From: Octopus bimaculoides
Taxonomy: Eukaryota
DNA length: 63,236 nucleotides
Assembly: GCF_001194135.2 (NCBI RefSeq)
Contig: NC_069003.1
Span: 13,151,583 to 13,214,818 of the forward strand
Reading direction: 5' to 3'
Shown: positions 25,581 through 38,513 of the stretch, one piece after another
How positions within the stretch are numbered: position 1 is the first letter of the stretch
Layout of the letters: the number at the start of each line of letters is the position of its first letter
The notes under the pieces: model-generated
What the model saw: only the letters and a program-made list of their open reading frames with translations
Databases searched by the model: none
Told to the model about the DNA's origin: nothing
Translations under genes and position numbers: made by a program

Positions 25581-25965
25581 AACTTTCATGAAACTGAGGA
25601 CAATAGAGGTGTAACCAAAGAAATAGCAGGCGGAATTAGGAGGCAATACCAGTGAAGCCAGAGACAAAGAAGGCATAACAGGGAAAAACACCAGTGAAGC
25701 TAGGGGCAGTGTAGGTATCATTAGAGGTAACACCTGTGAAACCAGGAGCAATTCTAGAGAGAACCAGAACTAAAGGCAATGCCAGTGAAGTCAGGGGAAG
25801 TTTAGGGAGAACTACAGGTAACACCTGTGATGCTAGAAGCAGTGTAAGCATAATAAGAAGCAACTCTTGTGATCCTAAAGGCAGTGTAGGTATAATTAGA
25901 GCAAACCCTGTGAAGCTAGAGGCAGCACCAGTTGAACCAGAAGCAGTGTAATCATAACTGGAGCC
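25581..25965 (+). repeat. Degenerate 42-bp minisatellite in the SLC25 3' UTR
   Basis: Consensus AACACCTGTGAAGCTAGAGGCAGTGTAGGTATAATTAGAGGC. Units start at 25581, 25645, 25687, 25729, 25778, 25820, 25862 and 25904. Confidence 0.85.
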
Positions 25966-26953
25966 AGTAATTGACTGACCTTCGTTTCTAACAATAACAG
26001 TTGTTAATATCCCATTACAGTTCTGCTGAGGTTGACTTTGCTTTTCATCCTTTCAAAGTCGATAAAATAAGAACAATTGAGCATTGGGGTCCCAAACTTG
26101 CCGGCCTTGTGCCAAAACCTGAAATCAATACCTTACAATAGTACAGTGACAAGCTGGCAGAATCATCCATTCATCCATCTTTATGGTCTGAGTTCAAATT
26201 TCACCAAGGTCAACTTTACCTTTTATCCTTTCAGTGTTGATGAAATAAGTACCAGTTAAGCCCTGGGGGGGTGATGTATTCAACTTACCCCCTATCCAGA
26301 ACTTGCTGGCCTTGTGCCAAAATTTGAAACCAAATCCCACAATAGTCTTCCAATATATCAACAAAACAATAGCAAGAATTTATATAAAACTCTGTAGGTG
26401 TGTACCTGTAAATGTGTATATGAAAATGTCACTTCATCGGTTACAAAGATGAGGGTTCCATTTGATCTGATATGAATGGAACAGCCTGCTTGTGATATTA
26501 AGATTTAAGTGGCTGAGTACTCCACAAACATGCATATCCTTAACATAGTTCTCAGGTAGATTCAGTGTGACACAAAATGTGACATGGCTAGCCCTTTTGA
26601 AAAACGGGTACAACTCGTTTTTACCAGCTGAATGTACTGAAGCAATGTGAAATAAAGTGTCTTGCTCAAGGATACAATGTGCCACCAGGGAATCAAACTC
26701 ACAACTTTACAATTGTGAGCTGAATACCCTAACCACTAAGCCATGCACCTTCGCAGATGTATACATTTGGTAAATGTAGTGTATATAGTAAAGCTACTGA
26801 CAAATCAAGCGAACAGCTACAACCCAGGTTCAATTTCAACCTCTAGATAATTTATTTTCTTTGGAAAAGACATGCATGCCACACTTTTCTGGCCTCTCCG
26901 ACCAACTGAAGTGAGCTTTATTTAACACACTGTCATTTCACATGCATATCATC

Positions 26954-26984
<31 letters not shown>

Positions 26985-28049
26985 ATGTGCGTATCTGTGT
27001 GTGTGTGCCTTTGTGAATTGGTTTGTCCCCCACCACTGCTTGACAACTGGTGTTGGTGTGTTTGTGTCCCTGTAACTTGGCGGTTTGGCAAAAGAGACCG
27101 ATAGTATAAGTACTGGGGTCTATTCATTCAACTAAAAGTTCAAGGTGCTGCCCCAGCATGGCCACAGTCTAATGACATAAACAAATAAAAGATATCAAAA
27201 CAGGAGGTTTTAAAAATTTTTTGGTATTATTTATTCACCATTACAAGGTGATGAGCTGGCAGAATCATTAGCATGTCGTGCAGAACGCTTAACGGTATTT
27301 CATTCATCTTTATGTTCTCATTTCAAATTCTGCCGAGGTCGACTTTGCCTTTCATCCTTTCAGGATCGATGAAATAAGATCCAGTTGAGCACAGAGGTTG
27401 ATGTAATCGACTTAACACCTCCCCTGAACTTGCTGGCCTTTTGCCAAAATTTGAAACTATTATTTATTCACCTTTACACATGTTTCATTTGCTAATAGGA
27501 ATTACAAAATTGTTCATGTTAGATAAACTTGTACGAAATTTCGTATTAGAAATTCTTCAAACAGAATCAAATAATACAAAATTTATCTTTGGATAAAGTA
27601 TTTATATGTAATTAGAAATCAGAAGTCATATTGATAATTAGAAGAGAATAATGAGCAAATCTAGTAGCACAGAAAGGGGAGAGAGAGAGAGAGTTAAGGA
27701 TTGGAATAAGTGTATATACATATACACACATCAATATATATATATATATACATACACACATACTTAGATTTTATATACATGTATATATAAATACATATAC
27801 AAATACATACGTATAAATATATATATATACACAGACATACACACATGGAGATTGCCATGTCAAAATGGTATTAGAGACTTTGTTTCAACCAGCATTAACA
27901 GGTTTAGGGTTGCAAGGCAAGGGAGAAAAGCAGCTGCACATATACTGTCTGCACTGACCAATAATCGTCATACTTGCAACATCTTTGCAAATCGTTGGCA
28001 GGACTCATCAGAGGGGAGCAACCTTAACACTTGTGCTGTGGATGACAGG

Positions 28050-28240
28050 TCTTCTTGAGTGCAGCAAGGTACCAGATATCTCGGTCTCTTGTCATCTCCT
28101 CTATAAGGTTCAATGTCCAGAGATCGTCCTTCACTACTTCGTCCCATGTCTGGGTCTCCCTCTTGTATGAGTTCTGTCCACTTTCAGTGATCGACACTTA
28201 TTTATGGAACTGTTGACATCCATCCACATCACATAACCAA
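28050..28240 (-). mobile_element. RTE-LINE 3' fragment
   Basis: Minus strand reads RFGYVMWMDVNSSINKCRSLKVDRTHTRGRP, then WDEVVKDDL after a frameshift. Confidence 0.65.
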
Positions 28241-28914
28241 ACCGACACTGTGTTTTTGTTTTTGTGTCTGTGTTTGCCATACACACACCCTGCCACTGCT
28301 TGATGACCAATGTTGGTTTGTTTACACACCTATGACTTAGTAATTTGGCAAAAGAGACCAATAGAATAAGCACCAGACTAAAAAAACAAAAATACTGGAG
28401 TTGATTTGTTTGAAAAAATGCCCCAGTATGGCCACAGTCAAATGACTGAAACAAAAGATAAAACACAGAAGATTCTACATACCACAAATATTTTTATTGA
28501 CATATTATTGGCAACATACACTCTTACCAGTTCCCTCTGATTTCAGATTTTATTCTAAGTACATCTAGGAGTATTTATGTTAATTTCCCAGCTAGACTTG
28601 CTCAAATCTTACCAATTTGATTTTCACAAATTCAATGAAATGTGAACTGACTCGACTCACAGTAGTTTCATTGAGTATCCTACCCAGATTGCTCATTTAG
28701 ATATTAACCTTGTTGCCTGCCTGGACTTGTTAATGCTAAACCCATCAATACTGTTTATTGTGTAATCCCATCAATACAATGTTAACCAAACAAATGTAGC
28801 CAGAACCTATAAGACTCAGAGTTCAGCCCAGAGAGTCAAGGAGGGGCCAGTGACTTTTGTGATCCTCTAGCATTCAGATTATCTCATAGCTTTGAGATTT
28901 CAATGATGTTATTC

Positions 28915-29101
28915 TTTTACTTGTCTCAGTCACTTGACTGCAGTCATGCTGGAGCACCACTTTGAAGGGCTTTTTAGTCAAACAAATCAGTCTTAGGACA
29001 TATTTTTTAAAACCTGGTACTTATTTTATCAGTCTCTTTTGCCAAACTGATAAGTTATGGGGATGTAACGCACCAGTTGTCAAGCTGGTGTGGGAACAAA
29101 G

Positions 29102-29137
<36 letters not shown>

Positions 29138-29280
29138 GACAGGTTCTTTGTTTCCATCAAACAAATCCACTCACAAGGCTCGAGGCTACAATAGAAGACA
29201 CTTGCCAAAGGTGCCACACAGTTTGACTGAACCTAAAACCCTGTGGTTGAGAAGCAAGCTTCTTACCACACAGCCACAGC
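28915..29280 (-). mobile_element. CORE-type SINE
   Basis: Reverse complement of the family consensus with an internal (CA)n. Confidence 0.8.
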
Positions 29281-30355
29281 TGTCCCTACATTTATTTTTA
29301 GAATGACATTGTAAGGCAGGTGCGAGAGGCTAGATCTAGCCAGTTAGAACATAAGACAGGAAAAATCCTTGAGCAAGGACATGGCCAGTTTATAGGCTAA
29401 AGGGTTTTTAAAAATAACCCACATCACAACCCCACTTCAATTTTGAGGGGTTCTTCCCCCATAGGACCGAAAATGTAACCTGTTACTACCCCATACCCAT
29501 CAGTGACTCACGTGATCAAACCCCTCCCATCAGTATGACACCTAACCTTACCTACCTAATCACTAGTCAAATGCTATTTTAACTCCTATACCCAATGACA
29601 TATCAATATTTCATCCTATTTATTCAACATAATAGCATAAGGGGTCTTGGGTAACTTGCTTCAGGCTGAAGCAAATTTGTTTTCAATCTTCAAACCCTGC
29701 TCTGCTTTTCAAGGTACTGCTTCCACCCCTAAAAGAATCTAGAGGTTGGGTAGGTTGTAAGATGTCTGTCACCACACACATACAGAATTTACTGCTCATA
29801 CAGATACACTGGTGCATGCTTAAACACCCTACGTCCCCATAACTTAGCAGTTCAGCAAAAGAAACCTATAGATTATGTACTAAGCTTTAAATAAATAAAT
29901 AAGTCTGGGGTTGTTTCATTCAACTAAAAACTTATGGTGGTGCCCCAGCATGGCTGCAGTCTAGTGACTGAAACAAGGAAAAGAGATTAAAAAATCATAT
30001 ATACACATATACACACTCATGCACGTAGAAAGTTGGGGTAGGTGAGGTGTTGCTACTGTGTAATAATAATACTCATTCTCAAACATATTTATACTCAGCT
30101 TCAATCCACACATACTCAGCTCCTCATTCTCTGTGTTTGTCTTCTGTTACAATTACATTCACATCTAGAATCTGGAATATTAAATCAGCCTCAGTATTTA
30201 ACTGATGCTCCATTTTATCAATCCTCAGAGAGATGATGAAAAGTAAGAAATCTAGCTTTGCAGGATTTGAACTTCAAATGTAAAGGGCTGTAACAAAATA
30301 ACTAAAAGATGCAAACATTTTGTCCTGTGCCCTAACAATTCTGCCAAACTCTTTA

Positions 30356-30582
30356 TGAGGGGATACTGAAAGGTTCCTGGATTTGGGTAAAAAAAAAAAA
30401 TACAGGAGGATCAGTTAATTATGATTTTATTCAATATACCCACCCACCCCTACCTCCGATTCAAGCATTTATTGCAGCAGTCCTTCAATTTTTCTAAGCC
30501 CTGTAATAGAACTTAGAAGTTGGGCCTCCAACCAGGCCTTTCATGATAACCTTGAAGCCAGGAACTTTTCAGTGTCCCCTCG
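30356..30582. mobile_element. Mariner-type MITE copy (reverse orientation)
   Basis: Reverse complement of the 9180-9394 body with the same TIRs. Confidence 0.75.
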
Positions 30583-30989
30583 GAAATGTTGTCAGGTGAT
30601 GGTAAGCTTCTGGTGAACCAAGTCTGTGACTTGGTATTCAGTTAACTCATTCCACTTTGCTTTTACTTTGTACCTAAAATTTCTGGCTGTTATCAATAGC
30701 CTGAACAGAGATGGATTCCATCAGGCTGTTGACATATCCTTCATACACTACATGTAGACAAGTTTTTGTTGGTGACCCAGTACCCAATATGCTTATATCC
30801 ATCCATCCATCCACATGTAGTAGGTGTGTATACATCTCTCCATCCCACATTCAGTAGAACTGTACAAATCTCTAATTAAATCTTATTCTAAATTTCTGTC
30901 TTGTTGTTTCTTATATGTATACGTGGGGGTGCTGAAAAGTTTTTGGTTTTGGGTAAAAGAAAATACAGGAGGATCAGTTAATCATAGCT

Positions 30990-31215
30990 ATCCATTGCAT
31001 GCACTGGTACGGACATACCTTCCAGCTCCCTCTAGATCATCCTACCAGGGCTTTATTCTCATTCAACACAGCAGCTGTGGGCTGGAAGAGGCCTTGTGGA
31101 AGGCCCCACACCAGATGGCAGGATGTGACTAGGGAAGGTCTCCAGAGGCTTAAAGTTAGCTTGGAGGATGCAGAGGGACTGCCAGCAAGGGAGAGCACTG
31201 GTCGACTCTACAAAA
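30990..31215 (+). mobile_element. RTE-LINE 3' fragment
   Basis: HWYGHTFQLPLDHPTRALFSF...WKRPCGRPHTRWQDVTREGL matches the RTE LxWxGH...GRPxxRW pattern. Confidence 0.7.
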
Positions 31216-32539
31216 GATGACACCTCTGGGGCCACAAACTTGGAATGACCCCAGCCTCATCAAGCCAAGCCTATCTTTGTCACACACGTCACACCAGGTT
31301 AATGAGAACTATGACCACAGACAACGTTTTCCAGTAAATTCATTAGTATTTATTGAAATTTCAAGATCAAAAGTAAATAAACACCATGAGGCTGTTTTAT
31401 GCTGTTCTGGAGAAATTCAGAGATATAAATAATTAATATTTTTAGACAAAAAAAGTTATTTGGGTAAGTATCTTGGGCCGACCAATTTTTATTAGTGAAT
31501 TTGGTAGACAGAAACTGAAAGAGGCCCAGTGTGTGTGTATATATATATATATCAATTATAATCAAGGATAAAATGTATATAGGATTTTATCAAGTAGCTA
31601 GCATTATAAAAAACAATTTAGGTAATTTAAAAAACCAAATTAAATACTTTGTATATATAGATATGTGTGTGTTTGGCAACCGGCGTTGGTATGTTTACAT
31701 TCCCTTTACAAAAGAGACCAATAGAATAAGTACTGAGGTCGATTTATTTGACTAAAAATTTTTCAAGGCAGTGCTCCAGCATGACCACAATCTAATGACT
31801 GAAACANNNNNNNNNNNNNNNNNNNNNNNNNNNNNNNNNNNNNNNNNNNNNNNNNNNNNNNNNNNNNNNNNNNNNNNNNNNNNNNNNNNNNNNNNNNNNN
31901 NNNNNNNNNNNNNNNNNNNNNNNNNNNNNNNNNNNNNNNNNNNNNNNNNNNNNNNNNNNNNNNNNNNNNNNNNNNNNNNNNNNNNNNNNNNNNNNNNNNN
32001 NNNNNNNNNNNNNNNNNNNNNNNNNNNNNNNNNNNNNNNNNNNNNNNNNNNNNNNNNNNNNNNNNNNNNNNNNNNNNNNNNNNNNNNNNNNNNNNNNNNN
32101 NNNNNNNNNNNNNNNNNNNNNNNNNNNNNNNNNNNNNNNNNNNNNNNNNNNNNNNNNNNNNNNNNNNNNNNNNNNNNNNNNNNNNNNNNNNNNNNNNNNN
32201 NNNNNNNNNNNNNNNNNNNNNNNNNNNNNNNNNNNNNNNNNNNNNNNNNNNNNNNNNNNNNNNNNNNNNNNNNNNNNNNNNNNNNNNNNNNNNNNNNNNN
32301 NNNNNNNNCTAAGGTCGACTTTGCCATTCATCCTTTCGAGGTCGATATAATCGACTTACGCCCAACCCGAACTTGCTGGCCGTATGCCAAAATTTGAAAC
32401 CAATAATCCAAGAGAAATAACTATAACTTTTTCTCACGAGTTACGTCCCCTTAAAATTGGCTTTACCGTATGATAAAATGGAGGAAACTGGGATGACCCA
32501 CATGATAATTAGACATATATCAGTCCTCTTCTTTAATCC

Positions 32540-33230
32540 CTAGCTGGCGACCGGAGGGAGAGGCTGTTCTCTCAACCAATACACAACTGTGGGTACCAAT
32601 GGATGACAGACTCTGATGATGATGTTATTCCATGCTTTCCAATCCATGGCGCTGGCCTTAGCAAGCTCAAGGTTGAGGCGCTGTGACTTCAGGTCTTCCT
32701 CAATTTGTTTCGCCCATGTCCTTTTTGGCATGCTGTGCTGGGTTATCCATTGCATGGGCCACTGCCAGTACAAAAGTTGGTGTGGAAGTCTGCCAGTGCT
32801 CAACCTGCAGACGTGGCCAAACCACTGTAGCCTACAGGGCCAGAATTGGTCTTCGATGGTTGGCTACTGCAAGCATTGTTCTTGGATATTGTTGTTTGAG
32901 ATTCAGTCGCATAGAGAGAGACACCAAATGTGGTGTCTGATGAAGACAGTGCATTTGGAACACTTTGAGCTTGCTTGGGTCGTGTTTGAGGATTGTGGAA
33001 AAGATGGGGCTTGGTCCTGAGGGAGATGTTGGGCTTCTAAGGGAAGACACACCATCTAAGGGATTCAATCACAGAAGTTGCAGACCCAATTCAGCAGTTG
33101 ATCTCTGCTGTTAACAGCACCTTCTTCTCTGCAACCAGTGAGCTGAGATATTTGAACTCCTGAACCTGCTCAGTCTGAATGCCATCAAAATGCACAATGG
33201 CCAGCAATTCATGTGCTATTAAGAACTTTC
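32540..33230 (-). mobile_element. RTE-LINE RT C-terminal relic
   Basis: Minus strand reads EQVQEFKYLSSLV...RIGSATS...RLQWFGHVCRLSTGRLPHQLLY...PKRTWAKQIEEDL with frameshifts. Confidence 0.8.
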
Positions 33231-33329
33231 AATTTGTCCATGTTGATCCTGAGATAAAGAACATATTCAAGAGATAACTGATGTTAAACCTGCATAAAAT
33301 ACAAAATTACTAGAAATCCAGCATATGCA

Positions 33330-34180
33330 ACTGAAGCAGTATTTAACTAAAATAGCCATATATGTACCATACTTAATGTATACATACAGTCAATAGGCCA
33401 ATTACTGCAGTCCTCAGATAACATCTTTTATTTACTTGCTATGTTAAAAACACAACAAATGATGAAAATTCGTCCCAGTAGTGGCCAGCAAGAACACCAG
33501 GTGTATTTGGGCCTATTTGAGCCTTTTCGATGATGTGTACTTGTAGCCAACCTCAACTAAAATAGACATCAATGTATCATACTTAATGTATACACGCTGT
33601 TGATAGTCCAATTACTGCAGTATTTTCCTGATATATATTTCTTATAGTCATTGTTGTTGGAATTACTTTGTATCTGAGTATTTATTCTGTAGCCAGTGAT
33701 TGATCCTCTTCATTCTGATGGCTGCAAAGGGTGCTGGTGCCTGAGGTGGCTGTTCAGGCCATGGGCAGTATAGAAGAGCCAGGAGTATTTATTGTGATAA
33801 ATTTCTTATTCATTTGCTGCATCAAAAGTAAAAAATATCAGAGAGACGAAAATTCACCCCAGCAGTAACCAGCAAGAACACTAGATGCATTTGGGCCTAT
33901 TTGAGCCTTTTCGATGATGTGTACTTGCAGCAAACCTCTATTAAAATATCCATCCATGGATCATACTTAATGTATATACACAGTCAATAGGCCAGTTACT
34001 GCTGTATTTGTCTTGAGATGATGATATCTGATGCTCTCGATGGCCATTGCTGGGACAAATTCCACCTTCTCTCTCTCTCTATCTCTTATATTGAATTTTT
34101 AACACAGCAAGTCCATAACAGATGTTATCTCGGGACAAAACACTGCAGTAACTAGCCCATCAATTGTGTGTATACATTAA
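33330..34180. repeat. Modular repeat with direct (~385-bp period) and inverted modules
   Basis: Module CATACTTAATGTATAYAYRCAGTCAATAGGCCAATTACTGCAG occurs three times direct and once inverted (34120-34180). Module CCAGCAAGAACAC...GAGCCTTTTCGATGATGTGTACTTG occurs twice. Confidence 0.7.
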
Positions 34181-34399
34181 ATACAACAAATATATATAGA
34201 GAGAGATATAGACCGACTGATAGATAGATAGGACAGACAGACAGATATAAACAAGAGCTTCCACACTGTTTCCATCAAGAAAAATCATTCACAAGTTATT
34301 GGTCAGGCTGGAGCTATAGTAGAAGACACTTGCATAAGGTACCATGTAGTGGGACTGAAATACATAGTTGTGAAGTGAAATTCTTAATTGCTCAGCCAC

Positions 34400-34599
34400 A
34401 TATATGTTGGTTTCGAATTTTGCAAACTTTGGAGAAGCAATTGTTGGGTGGCTGTAAGTTGATTGCATTAACCCCAGCACACAACTGGTACTTATTTTAT
34501 TGACTGCGAAAAGGATAAAAGGCAAAGTCGACCTTGGTGGAATTTGAACCCAGAATGTAATTTTACCTAGTGTGCTAACAATTCTGCCAGATCATCGCC

Positions 34600-34631
<32 letters not shown>

Positions 34632-34900
34632 CCTTTCTACTAAAGGCACAAGGCCTGTAATTTGTGAGTGGGGGGACTAATCGATTACATCAACATCAGT
34701 GTTTCACTGACACTTAATTTATTGACCCCCGAAAGGATGAAAGGCAAAGTCAACCTTGGCAGAATTTGAACTCAGAATGTAAAGACAGATGAAATGCTGC
34801 TAAGCATTTTTGCCCAGTGTGCTAATAATTCTACCAGCCTGCTACCTTGATGATGATGATGATGATGATGATGGTGATGGTGATGATGATGGTGATGGTG

Positions 34901-34960
<60 letters not shown>

Positions 34961-35180
34961 GTATCAACTTTTGGCACAAGGCCTGCAAGTTCATGGGAGG
35001 GAGCAAGTCAGTTACATCAATCCCAGTGTGCAACTGGTACTTATTTTATCAACCCAAAAGGATGAAAGGCTAAGATGACCTCATCAGAATTTGAACTGAG
35101 AACATAAAGACGGATAAAAGAAATGTCGCAAAGCATTTTGTCCTGCATGCTACCGATTGTGCCAGGTCACTGCCTTACAG
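34400..35180 (-). mobile_element. Chain of three Meta-like SINEs separated by (AAT)n and (GAT)n tracts
   Basis: Three GAAAGGATGAAAGGC cores, with (AAT)n near 34602-34630 and (GAT)n at 34848-34960. Confidence 0.75.
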
Positions 35181-35869
35181 TCAAATACATATTATACGAT
35201 AGCAACACTGATTACTACTATCTATGACACACCATACCACATGTTTTTCACAAAGATATACAATTGAGGTGACTGGAATTCAATTAGACAGAGTTTTTGG
35301 TGGCAGTTTTGCTCAGACAAAAGCACATCATGCCGGGAGGAGGAGATACAAACCCTAAAATATAAATAGATGTAACAAAACACCTCAGACATTTAGTGAG
35401 GTATTTGAAGGACTATTTTTACCACATCCCCTCCCCCTTGTTATTTAAACGTATGTTATGCAGTCTTTGATCAAAGTATAATATTCTGTTACCTTATTTC
35501 TACTGTTCTCTAATGTCAGAACTGTCACAGTAAAAACTAGAGAAAAGTCGATTTACCCTGAACATTACTGATGTAATTAAATAAAATCAATTTATAATCT
35601 TATTACCAGCAGCATTTATCTATGTATTCGTTATCACTGTCATCATAATAGTCGTCATCATTGTTGTCATTATCATTATCATCATTATTGTCATCATTTT
35701 GCTTTCACTTTGCAGTAACCTGTCCAACCCATGGAATGGCTTAGATGAGTTATTGTTGCTTTCCTAGATGGGTTGAAGAACCACATCTCACCTACAAGTT
35801 TAATTTTTGATTTGGTTTTTACAGCTGGATGCCCTTCCTAAGCAATCAATCAATTTATACATGCATCCC

Positions 35870-36180
35870 CAGGTATTGCAATATCTGTAATTTTGGTTTC
35901 CTTTTTACCTTTATCTACCACAACAATATCTTGTCTCTGAGTCTTGATTAGGGAGTCACATTAGATTGTAAAATCCCATAGTATCTTATATTCATTGTTC
36001 TTGGTGACTCCTCCTGGTTCATATTCATACCATTTCCAAGCTCTGTCCAGGCCATACTTATCACATAGTCTCCTGTGAACAAACTTAGCCACATTATCAT
36101 GCCTCCTTTTTGTAGGGCTTTTGTACCAGCTTGCTATGCTCACTCACAATATGTGAAATTGTTTCATTTTAGCTACACCT
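35870..36180 (-). mobile_element. Relic of a restriction-like-endonuclease non-LTR retrotransposon (R4/NeSL-like)
   Basis: Minus strand reads NETISHIVSE...RRHDNVAKFVHRRLCDKYGL...KILWDFTI*CD...DIVVVDKGKKETKITDIAIPGD (Zn-knuckle remnant, RHD, PD..D motifs). Confidence 0.8.
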
Positions 36181-36268
36181 CCTACAAAGGGGTGATTCGC
36201 TGCAGGAGGCAAGCTGGCAAAATCCTTAGTATCATTTCCTTCGTAATAATAATAATCATAATAATAAT

Positions 36269-38305
36269 AATAGTCAAGACGAAGAGCGTGATTTGATTGT
36301 ATATTTCGGAATGGCTGGATGGCTTTCTACTCCCCGTCGCAATACAATCAAGTTCCTATATTCGGGATACCTTTGATTTTGTATCTAAAATTAACAACTT
36401 TTTCAAGCACCAAGTCCATATCGAGAACTGTTTTTTTGGTAACCATGGATGTTTCTTCCTTATATCCCAATATTGACCACAATGAAAGGGTAGAAGCATG
36501 CATGGATGCCTTTGAAAAGCGGTCAAATAAAAGTATTTCATGAAATTTACTCTGTAGATTATTGAGGTTTGTGTTAGAAAGTAACACAATGAAGTTTAGA
36601 CAAAGATTTTTACCACCAAACAAAGGGTTGCGCCATGAGTAGCCCCATGGCAGTTAATTTCGCTAATGTCTTTATGACGAAATTCGAGACACAGTTACTG
36701 AAGACATTCAAATCCCTTCATGGTCATGAACCAATACTCTGGTTATGCTTCATTGACGACGTATTTTTTGTCTGGGAAGGATCACAGAATAGTTTAATGC
36801 ACTTCTTGCATTTCTGTGATTGTTATGCTAGAAACTATGACTTTAAGTCCAAATTAAAATTTACGTCTAGTTTTTCAAACACTAGCGTTGAATTTTTGGA
36901 CACAAAAGTCAAGTTTTCTGGAGGCAGAATAGTGACAGAGTTATTTTGCAAGCCCACGTGATCCCACATTTATCTCCACCGCTGCTCCGATCACCCACAT
37001 CATCTTATTCGGTCAAATCTGAAATCCCAATTTTTGAGGATAAAACGGATTTGTACTGACATAGGGGATTACTGGAAACATGCAAATGCTTTTGTATGTC
37101 ATTATGTCAAACGAGGTTACAGTGAATCACGTTTAAAGGAAATAGCAAATGAAATAGCTAAGATTAGCAAAGATAGTCAAACCTACACGCATAATGTTAG
37201 CACACAAAATACAATAGATGACAGAATTCCTTTAGTGATTAGCTGGCACCGACGTTTCGCTGGCATTTCAAAAATGTTGCATGAAAGTTACCAGCATGTG
37301 GTGAAAAAATATCCCAGTTTCAAACAGATATTTCCTCAGCCGCCCATTGTAGCCTTTCGACGGAATAAGAATATAAGAGAATNNNNNNNNNNNNNNNNNN
37401 NNNNNNNNNNNNNNNNNNNNNNNNNNNNNNNNNNNNNNNNNNNNNNNNNNNNNNNNNNNNNNNNNNNNNNNNNNNNNNNNNNNNNNNNNNNNNNNNNNNN
37501 NNNNNNNNNNNNNNNNNNNNNNNNNNNNNNNNNNNNNNNNNNNNNNNNNNNNNNNNNNNNNNNNNNNNNNNNNNNNNNNNNNNNNNNNNNNNNNNNNNNN
37601 NNNNNNNNNNNNNNNNNNNNNNNNNNNNNNNNNNNNNNNNNNNNNNNNNNNNNNNNNNNNNNNNNNNNNNNNNNNNNNNNNNNNNNNNNNNNNNNNNNNN
37701 NNNNNNNNNNNNNNNNNNNNNNNNNNNNNNNNNNNNNNNNNNNNNNNNNNNNNNNNNNNNNNNNNNNNNNNNNNNNNNNNNNNNNNNNNNNNNNNNNNNN
37801 NNNNNNNNNNNNNNNNNNNNNNNNNNNNNNNNNNNNNNNNNNNNNNNNNNNNNNNNNNNNNNNNNNNNNNNNNNNNNNNNNNNNNNNNNNNNNNNNAATA
37901 TGTTTGCAGGTTATTAACATCACGCCCTGGAGGAATGAATAAGATGACAGGAGAATATCATCAAATTTATACAAAACTGTTTGATTGAATATTCTTCTTT
38001 CTCTCTTTTTCTTTCCTTTTATCTGTCGTCTTCCTTTTTCTATTTTTTTCTTTCTTTCTGCTTGTTATAAAACGTAAAAACTGATGATGTCATTCCATCA
38101 ACGTATGGACGCTGGTTGCTCTCGTTCATACTTTACGTTTAAATTTCTGTAATTTTGAATTTTTAATCACCTCTTGTTTTGAACTTGACAAAGACAGACG
38201 TACTGTTGAAATATTGTTCAACGAATAAAATATCTATACAATTGAATCGCGCTCTTCGTCTTGACTATTTACCTACGTGATGAGTTACATCAATCCTTTT
38301 TAAAA
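36269..38305 (+). mobile_element. 5'-truncated Penelope-like element with a 35-bp inverted 5' end, inserted in (AAT)n
   Basis: RT motifs MDVSSLYPNI, QTKGCAMSSPMAVNFAN, FIDDVFFVW and VEFLD. The C-terminus LLTSRPGGMNK follows the gap. 36269-36303 is the reverse complement of 38235-38269. Confidence 0.9.
38179..38221 (+). ncRNA. Minimal type I hammerhead variant (U3-A8 core)
   Basis: ttgaac TTGACAA a gacag-acgta-ctgtt GAAA tat t gttcaa. Stem I has 6 perfect pairs, stem II has 5 pairs and stem III is palindromic ATAT. It lies 3' of the PLE ORF. Confidence 0.65.
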
Positions 38306-38475
38306 TATAATAATAATGATAATAATAATAATAATAATAATAATAGAATACTATTAATTTAATAGAATAAATCATGATTTAATTAAATAGCTCCAGTAGA
38401 ACAATCTTCACATACAACACAACTTTTGCAACATTTACTATTCAAGATTAGGACCCATGAAATAACACAGCTAAC

Positions 38476-38513
<38 letters not shown>

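Noticed and set aside
34810-35073. Poly-Asp, poly-Met or poly-Ser ORFs
   Set aside because: A (GAT)n tract between SINEs, with no splice context.
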